A stretch of DNA of 63,661 nt, counting the filler, from Octopus bimaculoides (lineage: Eukaryota): the NCBI RefSeq assembly GCF_001194135.2. It is 5 parts of 5 records of this genome, joined end to end, with 100 filler letters (N's around TTAATTAATTAA, not from the genome) between each part and the next. Parts side by side here need not be neighbours in the genome. Positions count along the whole stretch, not along the records: positions 1 to 18,027 come from NC_069009.1; 4 more parts are not named here. One strand, 5' to 3'. The translations under genes were made by a program, and so were the position numbers. Of this stretch, positions 1-10,793 are shown piece after piece. Positions within the stretch are counted from its first letter, which is position 1. The number at the start of each line of letters is the position of its first letter. Under the pieces are notes generated by a model. That model worked only from the letters and a program-made list of their open reading frames with translations, did not search any database and was not told the origin of the DNA.

Positions 1-67
<67 letters not shown>

Positions 68-134
68 TCTATCAATTCATTTTCACATAAACACCATATG
101 CATTATTTTTCTTTCTAACCATAACTCCATCATG

Positions 135-745
135 CTATAATAGACATTTGATGCAAGAGTTAGTGAGAAAATAGGCAAAGACGGCTGCGACTGTCTGGTT
201 GCTGCATGCGCCACCTTGAGCTGGAAGCATCCAAATTAGTCTTGTGGAACCCACTTCATAATGATGTAAGCAGAGAAAAACGTTATCATACTTATATCAA
301 CAACTTGATCACAGACACTGATCTGGAGTGTATCCAGGACCCTGATATTAGACCGAGAAGTGTGGTGGGTGGACTTTGTTGCCGTGGCTTGGGTTGGAAC
401 CCAGCCCCAAAATATAAATAAATAACAGGAGACTATGGATGGCCCAAAATGTGAAATGGCAACAACATATGATAAATGGATGCCTTTATGAAGGCCTACC
501 CAAAGTTAGTGAGATCAGGCAAAGATGGCTCTGACTATCAGGTCATTACATGCACCACCCTGGACTTGAAGCATCTAAATTAGTCTTGTGGAAACAACTT
601 CCTGGTGATGTAAGAGGAGGAAAACGTTGTCACACTTGCATCAACAACTTACATCAACAATCCAAGACTTCATGGCAGTGATGATGGACTGAAAGTGTGG
701 TGGGTAGAATTTCTTACTGCAGCCTGGGTTGGAACCAAGCGATAA
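135..745 (+). mobile_element. Two tandem decayed RTE-type LINE 3' fragments (about 135-420 and 435-745)
   Basis: Both read like IRQRRLRL.G.C.RH.ELEASKLVLW.P.H....RGK...TYI.NL, the C-terminus of RTE/RTE-X ORF2, and share the same 3' end (gtgtggtgggt...gggttggaacc). Confidence 0.6.
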
Positions 746-809
746 AAACAAAATCAGGAGTTAATGCTATCATCTTAACACTGCAATACACTAAATACAC
801 TTAAATGTG

Positions 810-815
810 TTTATT
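810..815 (-). terminator. Candidate polyadenylation signal of the CHSY1-like gene
   Basis: AATAAA on the minus strand about 90 nt past the stop codon; position only, no transcript evidence. Confidence 0.3.
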
Positions 816-905
816 CACATTTGTTAATATGCATCTTATTGGCACACATGCATGCATTTTTAAAAAAAACTTTACTAAGAAACATCAAATGATATCTCGT
901 TATTA

Positions 906-2429
906 TTATTTGTCTATTGTCCTGTTATGGTTTAGTATTTCTAAGAATCTGTAGATAGCTGCAGCTTCACTGTGCAGGGATCCATATGCAGCACTTTTAG
1001 AATTTAAACACATCTGGTAGTGTTTTGCATCTACATTGTCTAGGCATTGGGTCAGGTGGTAAACATGATCCGCTGCCAAATCAGGGGCTCGGAATACTGT
1101 CAGGTTGGATATTAGGCACTTATCGTAGAAATCTACATCTTCACCTCCCCATGTTGTGATTTTTGTGTCAAAGCCACCTGTGTCCAGAAAGTCTTTCTTG
1201 TATATAGAAACCACACCAAAACCAAAGAACAGCCAAAAGCCATGGTTCTGGTCAAATAGGAAGTAATTTTTCTTGCAATTTGGTTTGTAGCAAATTGTTT
1301 CAGGATTAAATTCTTTGTAGACTACAGGAAAATACACTTGCTTGCCATATATTGTGTTAATTCGGACTCGATGTAGAAACGTTTCTGTTATGACCACATC
1401 AACATCAATGAAAAGAAGCAGGGAGTCATTACTGCAGTTCTTTGAACCATGCTGCAACGCCACTGCACGAACAAATTTTCCAGTCAAAAATATCACTTCT
1501 AGTTTCATGGAAGCATATTGAGACTTCAAGCGTTTCATCTTGTCTATGTTTTTGAGGTAGAGTCTATTTGAGTCTTTGTACACGACAAGAATCACGTTGA
1601 GATTCTCAAGTGTTTCTTTAAAGATCTTCTCCAGTGTCTTAGTAAATCGTGCAAATGCTTCCACTTTTCTACTAATTGGTATGATCAAATTGATCTGTTT
1701 TAGCTGATCACCACCATTCACCTTATTGTGTCTGGAATTGATATGGAAACCTTCCTCAAACATATCCTCTTCTTCAGTGAACATCAGTGGCAACAGATGC
1801 TGTGAAGTGATAAATGTGGCATTGTAATAGCTAGTTTTAGACTTATGTTGCAATAAATAAACTTGTAGCAGATGTTGTACCCCTTGCACAGGTGACATAT
1901 AACGGTAAGCTCGCAGAATATTCTTTAACTTGATGCCATCAGCCTCTTCCAAGTATCGATTAAAGAGAGTTCTAACAGCATTCTGTAGGATTTGGTCCTT
2001 CTTTTTCACATTCAGATTTTGCTGAGCGGACCCATGAATGTTCTCTTTAGAGTAAATCAAATGCTTCTCTATATTCTCCCAGTTTGCTGAATCATCATTG
2101 GCATCATACCAAAATCTGATGGGTGTTCCCCATTGAGGTTTCTGATTCAAAAGTTCAATTTCGTGAAGGTACTTTAAGGTAGGCATCGAATTCTGTTTCA
2201 ACTGTTTAGCAATTATACTTCTTTTTGCCATTTCCAAATCATTTCTCAGCATATCTGCCTTTTCTTTCAACCATTTGATTTCATCTTTTTTGAAATGTAT
2301 GGCTAACCGAAATACAGAACTACTGTTTTTTAATGGATGTAAGGTGAAGGCATAGCTCTCCTTTGACCCAAGCTCATGGTTAAAACTGCCCTTCACATCA
2401 CGATAATTGTGGTAGAACACAGCTGTTGC
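906..2429 (-). CDS. CHSY1: Chondroitin sulfate synthase 1-like, last coding exon (C-terminal beta-4 GalNAc-transferase-type domain)
   Basis: Acceptor tttttttttcAG at 2431-2430, phase 0 (ATAVFYHNY...), stop TAA 908-906. Motifs match the CHSY family: FTLHPLK, INLIIPIS, LLFIDVD (DxD), QVYFPVVY, GFW..FGFG, GGFD...WGGEDVD. Confidence 0.93.
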   Translation of the reverse strand, partial: ATAVFYHNYRDVKGSFNHELGSKESYAFTLHPLKNSSSVFRLAIHFKKDEIKWLKEKADMLRNDLEMAKRSIIAKQLKQNSMPTLKYLHEIELLNQKPQWGTPIRFWYDANDDSANWENIEKHLIYSKENIHGSAQQNLNVKKKDQILQNAVRTLFNRYLEEADGIKLKNILRAYRYMSPVQGVQHLLQVYLLQHKSKTSYYNATFITSQHLLPLMFTEEEDMFEEGFHINSRHNKVNGGDQLKQINLIIPISRKVEAFARFTKTLEKIFKETLENLNVILVVYKDSNRLYLKNIDKMKRLKSQYASMKLEVIFLTGKFVRAVALQHGSKNCSNDSLLLFIDVDVVITETFLHRVRINTIYGKQVYFPVVYKEFNPETICYKPNCKKNYFLFDQNHGFWLFFGFGVVSIYKKDFLDTGGFDTKITTWGGEDVDFYDKCLISNLTVFRAPDLAADHVYHLTQCLDNVDAKHYQMCLNSKSAAYGSLHSEAAAIYRFLEILNHNRTIDK

Positions 2430-2719
2430 CTGAAAAAAAAATAATAATTAGCAAAATAATTCAGCAAAAGAATAATTTTTGAAAAACATAAAATAATCAC
2501 ACTTTAAAAAACACCCATTAAATATCCATTAAAAGAACATTAAAACAACCATTAAAATTAATGATGAATGAGTTTCTATGATATTTACATTGGAGCTAGA
2601 TATGTCAGAGGTAGCAGCAAAACGTCTCTTAAGTTGAAAGCGGAAGGATACTGAATAATATAGGCTTGTTCTATCAGTACAAACCTAGATTAAACAACAA
2701 TGATTCTTGAAGATATATT

Positions 2720-3821
2720 TGTAAGGAACGACCGTGCGAACTCAAAAAGGAGAAATGGTGACGAATGGAAAAACAGGACTCCTTTTATTTAAACGCGTCA
2801 CACGGTCGAACACAAAATAATTATATATCAAATGATGATATACAAATAATGTTATACTTCGATAACATTAGTGAATTCGTAAATACCAGTAATGAAGACT
2901 ATAGAAGGCAACCGTATGAGATGAATAACAGAGATATTTATTGTGGCATAAAAGATGTAAGTCTGAGTGTGAGTGTGAATGTGACATATAAGAACATAAT
3001 CAAAGACAGGCCGTCATACAAAGAAAAGTGTGTATGTGAGTGATACATGTATGTGTATGTGAGTTATTACAGGAGATGGAAAGAGAGTCAATAACACATG
3101 AGCAATTATACCAGTTCTTTAGTACACAATAATATGAGTCTGTATGTGAAGTGAGTTGCGGCTGTGAGTGTGGCAGAGCTGATCACTAGTTGTGATGTCG
3201 TGGCATCGATGCCGGGCCGTGATTCTTGTTATACAGATGTTCGTCGCTGGCTGAGATCTCTTGTCTGTTTATTTATCGTGGTGAAGCTGAGTCACCTAAC
3301 AGAATCGAAGAGAGAGATGTGCCGCGGTGGTTTAGTTTGGTGTACATAGTAAGTCGTGTAGACGCTGGTGGAGAAAAGGCTGCTTGGTAGTAATCGTAGA
3401 ATTGTGTTGCTGATGTGGCGACGGCGGTGGTCATCGTTGGCTGGACGAAGCTGTTGAAGTGGTCGCTGGCTGATTGTTGCTGCTGCTGTCGTGTGGTACA
3501 CGGAACAGTCTCTATAGAGAAACTGGACTGAGACAAATTTGCTGGGTATGACTTGATCTATTTAAGGCAAATTATTGGCTCCAAGACGGTAGCAGAAAAA
3601 CACTATCACGTGACCTTATTAAGGGCTGTGATTGGTCAGTTTGCGTTCTGGCGGGAACGGTTCGAAGAAGTTGCCGCTTCGAATAATGATCAGTCACGTG
3701 ATGACAAGGAATGGGTTCTCTGCTACGCTCGCGTTTATTTATATTTAAATGAGAAGAATGGCGATAGCAGTTTTGTATCTAATGGCGATAGGTAGAAGAG
3801 ATGATAGGTAGTTTCACTACA
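2720..3821 (-). mobile_element. Solo LTR (probably Gypsy-type), 1102 bp
   Basis: Termini TGTA...TACA flanked by an identical 4-bp TSD TATT (2716-2719 and 3822-3825). CpG-rich interior unlike the flanks, promoter motifs at the minus-strand 5' end and AATAAA signals downstream. Confidence 0.7.
3526..3701 (-). promoter_or_regulatory. Pol II promoter module in LTR U3
   Basis: TCACGTGA E-boxes at 3606-3613 and 3694-3701. Minus-strand CCAAT at 3574-3578 and 3631-3635, E2F-like TTCCCGCCA at about 3649-3657, TATA-like TTAAATAG at 3565-3558, and Inr-like TCAGTC at 3531-3526. Confidence 0.5.
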
Positions 3822-4320
3822 TATTTACCAACAGAATAATGGCTTCTGATTTTAGCAGAAGGCTAACAATTTTCAGAGGAGAGGAATAATTGAAACCATT
3901 CACCACAGTATTTGACTGGTACTTTATTGACCCCAGAGGGACTGAAAGTGGAGTTGATCATGGCAGGATTTGAACTCAGAAAGTAAAGACCAAAAAGTAA
4001 TACTAAATAGCAATTTTCTAGTGTTCTTTTATGGCATATTAGAGTCAATTAGCCTTTTATAGGCTCCACACATTAATCTTTAATGATTGGTCATTTGACC
4101 TATCATGTGAATTTGGAACATTGAGTCCTGTATTTTGATTGGTTGAGTATTGTGCAGGATAAAGATCTCGACTCTAATCACATTGTATGTAATACATTCT
4201 CGTACAACAAACCTGAATCATCACTGGAGCCCACCTTCTGCTTATATATACCTTTCTACAAATGATTTGATAATCATTTATCGACAGAGGGATGAGAGAA
4301 TTTCAGGAAGAAATGGCTGT

Positions 4321-4487
4321 AAGGCACAGGATTGGCTGTGTGGTAAGTAGCTTGCTTACCAACTACATGGTTCCGGGTTCAGTCCCACTGCATGACACCT
4401 TGGGCAAGTGTCTTCTACTATAGCCTCGGGCCAACCAAAGCCTTGTGAGTGGATTTGGTAGACGAAAACTGAAAGAAGCCTGTCGTT

Positions 4488-4520
<33 letters not shown>

Positions 4521-4720
4521 TTGTCAGTGTTTGTCCTCCCAACATTGCTTGACAACAGATGCTGGTGTGTTTACGTCCTCGTAACTTAGCAGTTCGGCAA
4601 AAGAAGCCGACAGAATAAGTACTAGGCTTACAAAGAATAAGTCCAGGGGTTGATTTGCTCGACTAAAAGGTGGTGCTCCAGCATGGCCGCAGTCAAATGA
4701 CTGAAACAAGTAAAAGAATA
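4321..4720 (+). mobile_element. tRNA-derived SINE family A, full length
   Basis: A-box-like TGGCTGTGTGGTAAG, B-box-like GGTTCAGTCCC, central CCTTGGGCAAGTG, internal (TA)n/(TG)n, 3' end CAGCATGGCCGCAGTC...GAAACAAGTAAAAG. Several homologous copies occur in the window. Confidence 0.85.
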
Positions 4721-4739
4721 AAAGAAAGAAAGAATATAT

Positions 4740-5438
4740 ATATAAAATAATAATAAATGGAAGTTTGTGTGTTTGTGAATATGTTACTTTAACTCCTCCG
4801 AGACTATCCAACAAACCATGATGAAACTTGACACGTGTGTGGGGCTTATGTCCAGGTGGTCTCCTATCCACTTGGAATTTTTTTTAAATCGATTTTTAAT
4901 CAGCATCGATTTTTCAAAAATCGTAAAATTTTGGCATTTTCCACACTAGCCATCGTGACATCAATTTGATGAAAAATGCTGAAATTTGACGAGAAACGTT
5001 TCATGGGTATAAGCAGACATCTTATTAACGATAATCTATTTAGCATTTGCTAATTCTTCATTCCAATGTGAATTGTTTTGATTTGCTAAAACTTATTATT
5101 TCAATTCGTTCTTTTAATTCCCCAGCATTTCAGGTTTTGATTAGTTAAGACCATTTTATTTCTCAAGCAAAATTTAGGCATTTTGCGCACAAGCCATCAT
5201 GATATCAATTTGACAAAATCTGCCCCAAAGCATAAAATTTCACCATTTTATGCACATGCACAAAAATGATGACAACACAGGTTTGCTACCAGACTGCTCA
5301 TTTTTCGTCAAATTGGTCCTACCCATTAATATAGATGTTAAAGTTTTGAAAAATGTCAAAATTTTATGAAAAATGTTTCATGGCTATCAACAGACATCTT
5401 ATTAATATGTAATTTTTTACCGGGTACCTCAGCTAGTA
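4740..5438 (-). mobile_element. Helentron/HINE-like non-autonomous element
   Basis: Starts TACTAGCTGAGGTACCCGG on the minus strand, ends in an (ACAA)n-like repeat plus TTTATTATTATTTTATAT, and has internal duplicated blocks. Same architecture as 25152-26220. Confidence 0.4.
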
Positions 5439-5549
5439 TATATATATATATATTGATAGAAAGGACAACAAAAGAAAGAAAGAGACCTCGATATTATGTA
5501 AATAGAAAAATTTATCTGTAAAAATATGTGACACTTATTCGGTAGCCAC

Positions 5550-5610
5550 GATAAAACTCAGAGTTTCGGATGCCGGGGTGGGGGCCCATGCCAACATCTC
5601 TTCGGTTATC
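5550..5610 (-). ncRNA. Hammerhead ribozyme-like motif, type I minimal (core variant CCGAAGA)
   Basis: GATAA CCGAAGA GATG..CATC C GAAACTCTGAGTT TTATC: stem I GATAA/TTATC, stem III ACTC/GAGT, cleavage GUU. Deviations: U4>C and an extra C at the base of stem II. Confidence 0.5.
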
Positions 5611-6040
5611 TGGCCATTGAAAATTCCTGTGAAAAATGACCGTTAAACAAAGGGAAATTACTGTGTGGTTGACCGTCATTAAGACAAAATAGCTATAGAC
5701 CGCTAAGTAAGGGGAGGGGGTAAAAGTAAGGGAGTAGAGAAGTCTATAGTGTTTGTGTAAGCGCACCAATCCGTACATTCGTCTATATTTATATACTAAA
5801 CCAGTTTTTGGCGAGTATGTGAGTGAGCATGTGTGTTTCAAGCAAGGGTGGTTTAGTATATAAATATAGGCGAATGTATGGATTGGTGCGCTTACGCGAA
5901 CCTATAGACTTCTCTACTCCCTTACTTTTACCCCCTCCCCTTACTTAGCGGTCTATAGCTCTTTTGTTTTAATGACGGTCAACCACACAGTAATTTCCCT
6001 TTGTTTAACGGTCATTTTTCACAGGAATTTTCAATGCCTG

Positions 6041-6101
6041 GATAACTGAAGAGATGTTAGCGTGGGTTCCCACCCCAGCATCCGAAACTCGGAATTTTAT
6101 C
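6041..6101 (+). ncRNA. Hammerhead ribozyme-like motif, type I minimal (stem III damaged)
   Basis: GATAA CTGAAGA GATGTT..AGCATC C GAAACTCGGAATT TTATC. The CUGAAGA core is intact; one mismatch in stem III relative to the partner arm. Confidence 0.5.
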
Positions 6102-6138
6102 ATGGCTACTGNNNNNNNNNNATATGTATGTATGTATA

Positions 6139-6895
6139 TATCAGTCTGAGTAAAAAGTAAGCAACGTTTTGAAATATGAAATTCATCACAATGTGGAAAT
6201 TTTATTCATCAATGTAAATACATTTTTGCCAATGAGTTACAAGTTTGTTTATTCCAGTAACATAAAATTTGGAGTTGGAGCTGATAAACTCTTAGAATGC
6301 ACTTTCAGCATTGTTTGATTTTTGAACTCCTCCTCTTGCAGGAAACCATCAAGGTGCTTGAAAAAGTGGTAGTCAGTAGGTGAAAAGTCTGGGGAATAAG
6401 CTGGGTGGGGAAGAACTTCGTAGCCAAGTTCCCTCAACTTTTGGAGTGTCATTAGTGAAACATGTGGTCGAGCATTGTCATGAAGTATTATTGACCTTCT
6501 TCTGTTGACCAGTCTGAGATGGAGGGGTTACAGTTTTTCATTCATTTTGGCAATTTCATGGCAATATGTTTCTGCAGTAATGGTTTTTACAGGTTTTAAG
6601 AAGTTATAGTCAATGAGTCCAACAGTACACCACCAAACAGTCACCATAACCTTCCTTTTGAAAAGTTTGGGTTTAGGGAAAGAGTTTAGTGCTTCATTTT
6701 AGTCCAACCACTGTGAAGAACGTTTTTTATTATTATTGTACAGAATCCACTTTTCATCGCAAGTTACAGTACAGTTAAGAAAAGGATCAGTCTGGTTATG
6801 GAGAAGAAGCGACAAACAAATTTCATATCTGGGCATTTTTTGATTTTCATTCAAATCACGTGGTACCCCTTTGTTGAGCTCTCACTTGTATTTGT
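6139..6895 (-). mobile_element. Mariner transposase remnant (Hsmar1/cecropia-like, DD34D)
   Basis: Reads VTCDEKWILYNN, KVMVTVWW, LHDNARPH, LPHPAYSPDFSPTDYHFFKHL, with stops and frameshifts. Confidence 0.9.
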
Positions 6896-7129
6896 AGCCT
6901 TCCTCCTTCCTCCCTCTTTCCCCCTTAAATTTCTTTCCTTATTTTCTCTCTAGTTTCTCTCTGTCACCCTCTCTCTCTTCTCCTCTACCTACTGCTGGCA
7001 CATGACCCGTGGCCAGCTTTCTTTCTTTCTTTCCCTTTTTCCCTTTTTCCCACCAGCTGCCCAGCCATTCAGTCACAAAAAATTTCTCTGCTTTCTTATT
7101 TCCATATCTGTGCACACAAAAAGGTCATT

Positions 7130-7440
7130 GTTATTCACCTTCTCGATCTTGATACAGAAATGCAGCTGCAAATTCAAAAGGCAGCAAAAGCATTTGGTGG
7201 CTTGGAGTCAGGCGTTTGGTGCCAGCAACATATAAATAAGAATACAAAGCTGGCTCTTTACAAATCATTTGTCTTACAATCCCTGTTGTATTCCTGTGAA
7301 ACTTGGACTTGTAATGAAAGGCATTTTAAATTGTTAGAGCAATTCCATCAAAAATGCCTTCATCACATTTTAATAATTAAATAGAGTTCTTTTACTCTAA
7401 ACAGTGGAGTGGAGGAAAGCATTTGAAGAGGCCAGGACAA
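7130..7440 (+). mobile_element. RTE (BovB-like) LINE RT C-terminal fragment
   Basis: IQKAAKAFGGL...VW....I...TKLALYKSFVLQSLLYSCETWT...LEQFHQKCL..IL.IK. Confidence 0.8.
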
Positions 7441-7561
7441 CACAAGTAAGACTCAAAAGAGATCTAAGGAAGAATGTAATGTAACATACAAACATACATT
7501 ATATATATATTTATTTATATATATATATATATGCATACATACATATATATACAATACATAT

Positions 7562-7680
7562 AACTGTGTGGTAAGGAGTTTGCCTCTGTATGGCACCTTG
7601 AGTGTCTTCTACAGTTGCCTCAGACCAGCTAAAGCCTTAGGAATGGATTTGCTAGATGGAAACAGAAAGGAGCCCATCAT
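7562..7680 (+). mobile_element. SINE family A, partial degenerate copy
   Basis: ctgtgtggtaagg...ggcaccttg...aaagcctt...ggatttg.tagatggaaac. Confidence 0.55.
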
Positions 7681-8372
7681 GTGTGTGTGTGTGTGTGTGT
7701 GTCAGATAAAGGCACATTCTAGTTTGTAAGGTTAAAAGTTGGGGTTTTCTGTTAAATGGAGTTTTCAGGTTGCATTCGGTGAATTCAGTTTGTTAGACAG
7801 AAATTCAAGGTGTAACTTTACACTGTTGTTATTATCTAAATTAAATAATTCCATTCGTTATCTGATGTATAATTACTAGTTATTGTTTGATTATGTGTCG
7901 CACCTGTGCTCAATGACATTCTAGTTATGTCCAACCTATCCATTTTTTTGTAGACTTGAAGATTTTGTGAAGATTTGGTTGCTATTTCTTGAGAAGCAGG
8001 CAACTATGTAGGGACTCATTCTTGTATTCATAGGAGTATGGAAGTGGTTGACCACAAGTGGGGGCAGTGTTTAAGAAGAGGGAAAACAGCAGATTCATGT
8101 GTTAAATGGAGAAGTAGTGATGAATGAAAATTCTGTAAGTAGTAATAGTTTTAAGTGCTTAAAGCTTATAAACGATCATCATATATTGGCCAAAGAAAAT
8201 GGTCCAATATTGGGGCATCTAAGCCCTTGACAGAAAAATGTACTTATGGGAAATGTTTCAGGTGTGTTCAATGAAATGAACCTCTCATATTCGCAATAAG
8301 TGCACTAACTGATTACCAGTTCATATAAAATAATTGGAAGAATTATTGTGTTTAAAATTCTTTGCATTTTAC

Positions 8373-8527
8373 CTTTGAGCTTGATTTGCATTGAACATTC
8401 AGGTACTTTTCCATACACCTTCCCAGCTCTGTGTCATCATGGGGTTTGACTGGGTGCAATGTACAAGCATCCAGATGTGGGCCCAACATTTTCAGTGTTT
8501 TGTAACTGAGTATAATACCAGGGCCAC
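8373..8527 (-). CDS. CHSY1: Chondroitin sulfate synthase 1-like, internal exon (not in ORF track)
   Basis: Acceptor ttttacAG (8529-8528), donor AAG|GTaaaa (8372-8371), 155 nt, phase 1 in and phase 0 out, so both neighbours join in frame. Encodes (G)GPGIILSYKTLKMLGPHLDACTLHPVKPHDDTELGRCMEKYLNVQCKSSSK, matching the family GGPG...HEDVEVGRC...VQC segment. Confidence 0.92.
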
Positions 8528-8564
8528 CTGTAAAATAAAGGGGAAGAAAAATGTGTGTAGTTGC

Positions 8565-8696
8565 AGGTAAACTGTGTGGATAGAAGCTTGTTTCTCAACC
8601 ACGTGGTTCCAGGTTCAGTCCCACATCATGGCACCTTGAGCAAGTGTTTTCTACCATAGCCTTGTGAGTGGATTTGGTAGACAGAGACTGAAAGAG
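8565..8696 (+). mobile_element. SINE family A, 5' part
   Basis: ctgtgtgg...ggttccaggttcagtccc...ggcaccttgagcaagtg...gccttgtgagtggatttggtagac. Confidence 0.7.
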
Positions 8697-9014
8697 TGGG
8701 GAATAGACAGATAGAGAGAGAAAGAGGTTTCTTCTCAAGAAAAGAAACTTCTCTTTCTCTCTCTATCTGTCTATTCCCCACTCTTTAGTTTCCTTTCCCT
8801 TTTACCAAAAAAACAAAAACATTTTTCTCCTCTTCTAAACAAAGCAAAAAAACAAAATGTCTGATTCATATAAATGAACAACAAAATGTTCTGTTTTTAC
8901 TATTTTGATTTTGATTTTGTCTTGATGAGTTCAATAAATAAACAAAGTACTAATAAAAAATTATCCAAAATTCTGACTGCCTCCTTTTTCTCAAGATATA
9001 TATATATATATATA

Positions 9015-10331
9015 CAGGGTGCGTAAGATAAATTTATGTTTATAAAAAAAAGCATATATAATAACAGATAATAACTTTATTTATCAGAAAATGCTATGAG
9101 GATAAAAATAAACCTTCTTTTCTATAAAGTTATTCAACTTCAGCTTCAACAACTTCTATATGAGATCTAAATCATCTACATGCTTGAATCAAGTGACCCT
9201 GGTTCATTTTGGACATTACTCTGACTATGGCAGCTTCCAAAGAATCTTTGGTGTTATGGGTGTGTTCATTGACCTCTCCCTCAACAACGCTCCACATATA
9301 ATAGTCCAATGGATTGTGATCTGGGGAATTAGGAGTTAGGAGTTATGTGATCATGAACATTTTCAGCCATCCATTCCTGTGTTACTAGAGCCATGTGTGA
9401 TAGCACAAAATCTTACTGAAACATGTATGGCCTTCCATTACATACACTGTCTACCCAGGGCTTAACAATTATTTCCAAGACCTCAATGTAGGTGGCAGAG
9501 TTAACTCTAAGGCTTTGTGGAAAGAAGTAAGGAGGCATCACATGTCTTTCATTGCTGACAACCCCTAAAACCATGACAGTTACAGGAAATTTTGTATGCA
9601 TAACACTTGGATNNNNNNNNNNNNNNNNNNNNNNNNNNNNNNNNNNNNNNNNNNNNNNNNNNNNNNNNNNNNNNNNNNNNNNNNNNNNNNNNNNNNNNNN
9701 NNNNNNNNNNNNNNNNNNNNNNNNNNNNNNNNNNNNNNNNNNNNNNNNNNNNNNNNNNNNNNNNNNNNNNNNNNNNNNNNNNNNNNNNNNNNNNNNNNNN
9801 NNNNNNNNNNNNNNNNNNNNNNNNNNNNNNNNNNNNNNNNNNNNNNNNNNNNNNNNNNNNNNNNNNNNNNNNNNNNNNNCATGGACTTTCTGGGATTGTA
9901 ATCAATGGTCTGTTGAACTTGCTGGATAGATTCAGGTGTTCTGATGATTTCAGAGCATTTAGAATGATTTTTATGCTTTGATACTGGTGATATGTTTCCA
10001 TCTTCAGTCTCTGGCTCCTTACAAACTTTGTAGATGAAAGATCTGACAACTTTTAAAAATCGAGATATTTCTAAATTGCTATGCTCAGCCTTTATAACCA
10101 CAATAACAGCATGCCTCTTCATTTCTTGACCTCAATGTAGGTGGCAGAGTTAATTCTAAGGCCTTGTGGAAAGAAGTAAGGAGGCATCACATGTCTTTCA
10201 TTGCTGACAACCCCTAAAACCATGACAGTTACAGGAAATTTTGTATGCATAACACTTGGATTATACAGAGTTAGCAAAAAATGCAGCAGTGACCCAGAAA
10301 AGGTATGTCCACAAATACCTTAAGCACCCTG
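9015..10331 (-). mobile_element. Tc1/mariner superfamily maT (DD37D-type) element, defective and rearranged
   Basis: TIRs CAGGGTGCGTAAGAT (9015) and CAGGGTGCTTAAGGT (10331, minus), each flanked by TA. Transposase pieces MKRHAVIVVIKAEHS..., VMVLGVVSNERHVMPPYFFPQ and SPDHNPLDYYMW (third catalytic residue D). Confidence 0.85.
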
Positions 10332-10583
10332 TATATATAGATATAAATGTAATGGTAGGATCCAAGGAACCAGGTGTAGGAAGTTGTGAAGCTTTGAGCA
10401 GTCCGTAGAAAATATAAAAAATAACTTTCAGGAACAATAGTGGTTTAGTGATATGGAAGGTTGTAAATTTTTCCCATATCAAAAAAAAAAAAAATTGTTT
10501 TATAGCTTACAGTTAACAGCTGGGGCAGCTTTGCATGTGAATAAAGAAAAACTAAAATTAGGGAATGGAATGGATAAAATCCA

Positions 10584-10667
10584 GGCTACATATGTTTCAT
10601 AGCTAGCAGAACCTACAAAGTAGTAATAGCCCAAATGAGGAGTATTCTGCTAGCTACTCATCTGGCC
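10584..10667 (-). ncRNA. Hammerhead ribozyme-like motif, type I minimal (core variant CAGAUGA)
   Basis: GGC CAGATGA GTAGCTAGCAGAA..TTCTGCTAGCTAT GAAACATATGTA GCC: 13-bp stem II, palindromic stem III ACATATGT, cleavage GUA, U4>A. Confidence 0.55.
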
Positions 10668-10793
10668 AAAGATACTTTAGTCAAATGAATTTACATTGTC
10701 GTCAAGGGATCCCATGTTGACTCACAGGAGAGTTGATTCGAGTCAACATGGGATTCTTTGATGACAATGCAAACATTTGTTTAAGGTATCTTT

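Larger units (their letters stand above)
5542..6110. repeat. Long inverted repeat, about 260-bp arms, 45-nt spacer (5804-5848)
   Basis: 5542-5803 is the near-perfect reverse complement of 5849-6110. The right arm is cut by an N gap. Confidence 0.95.
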
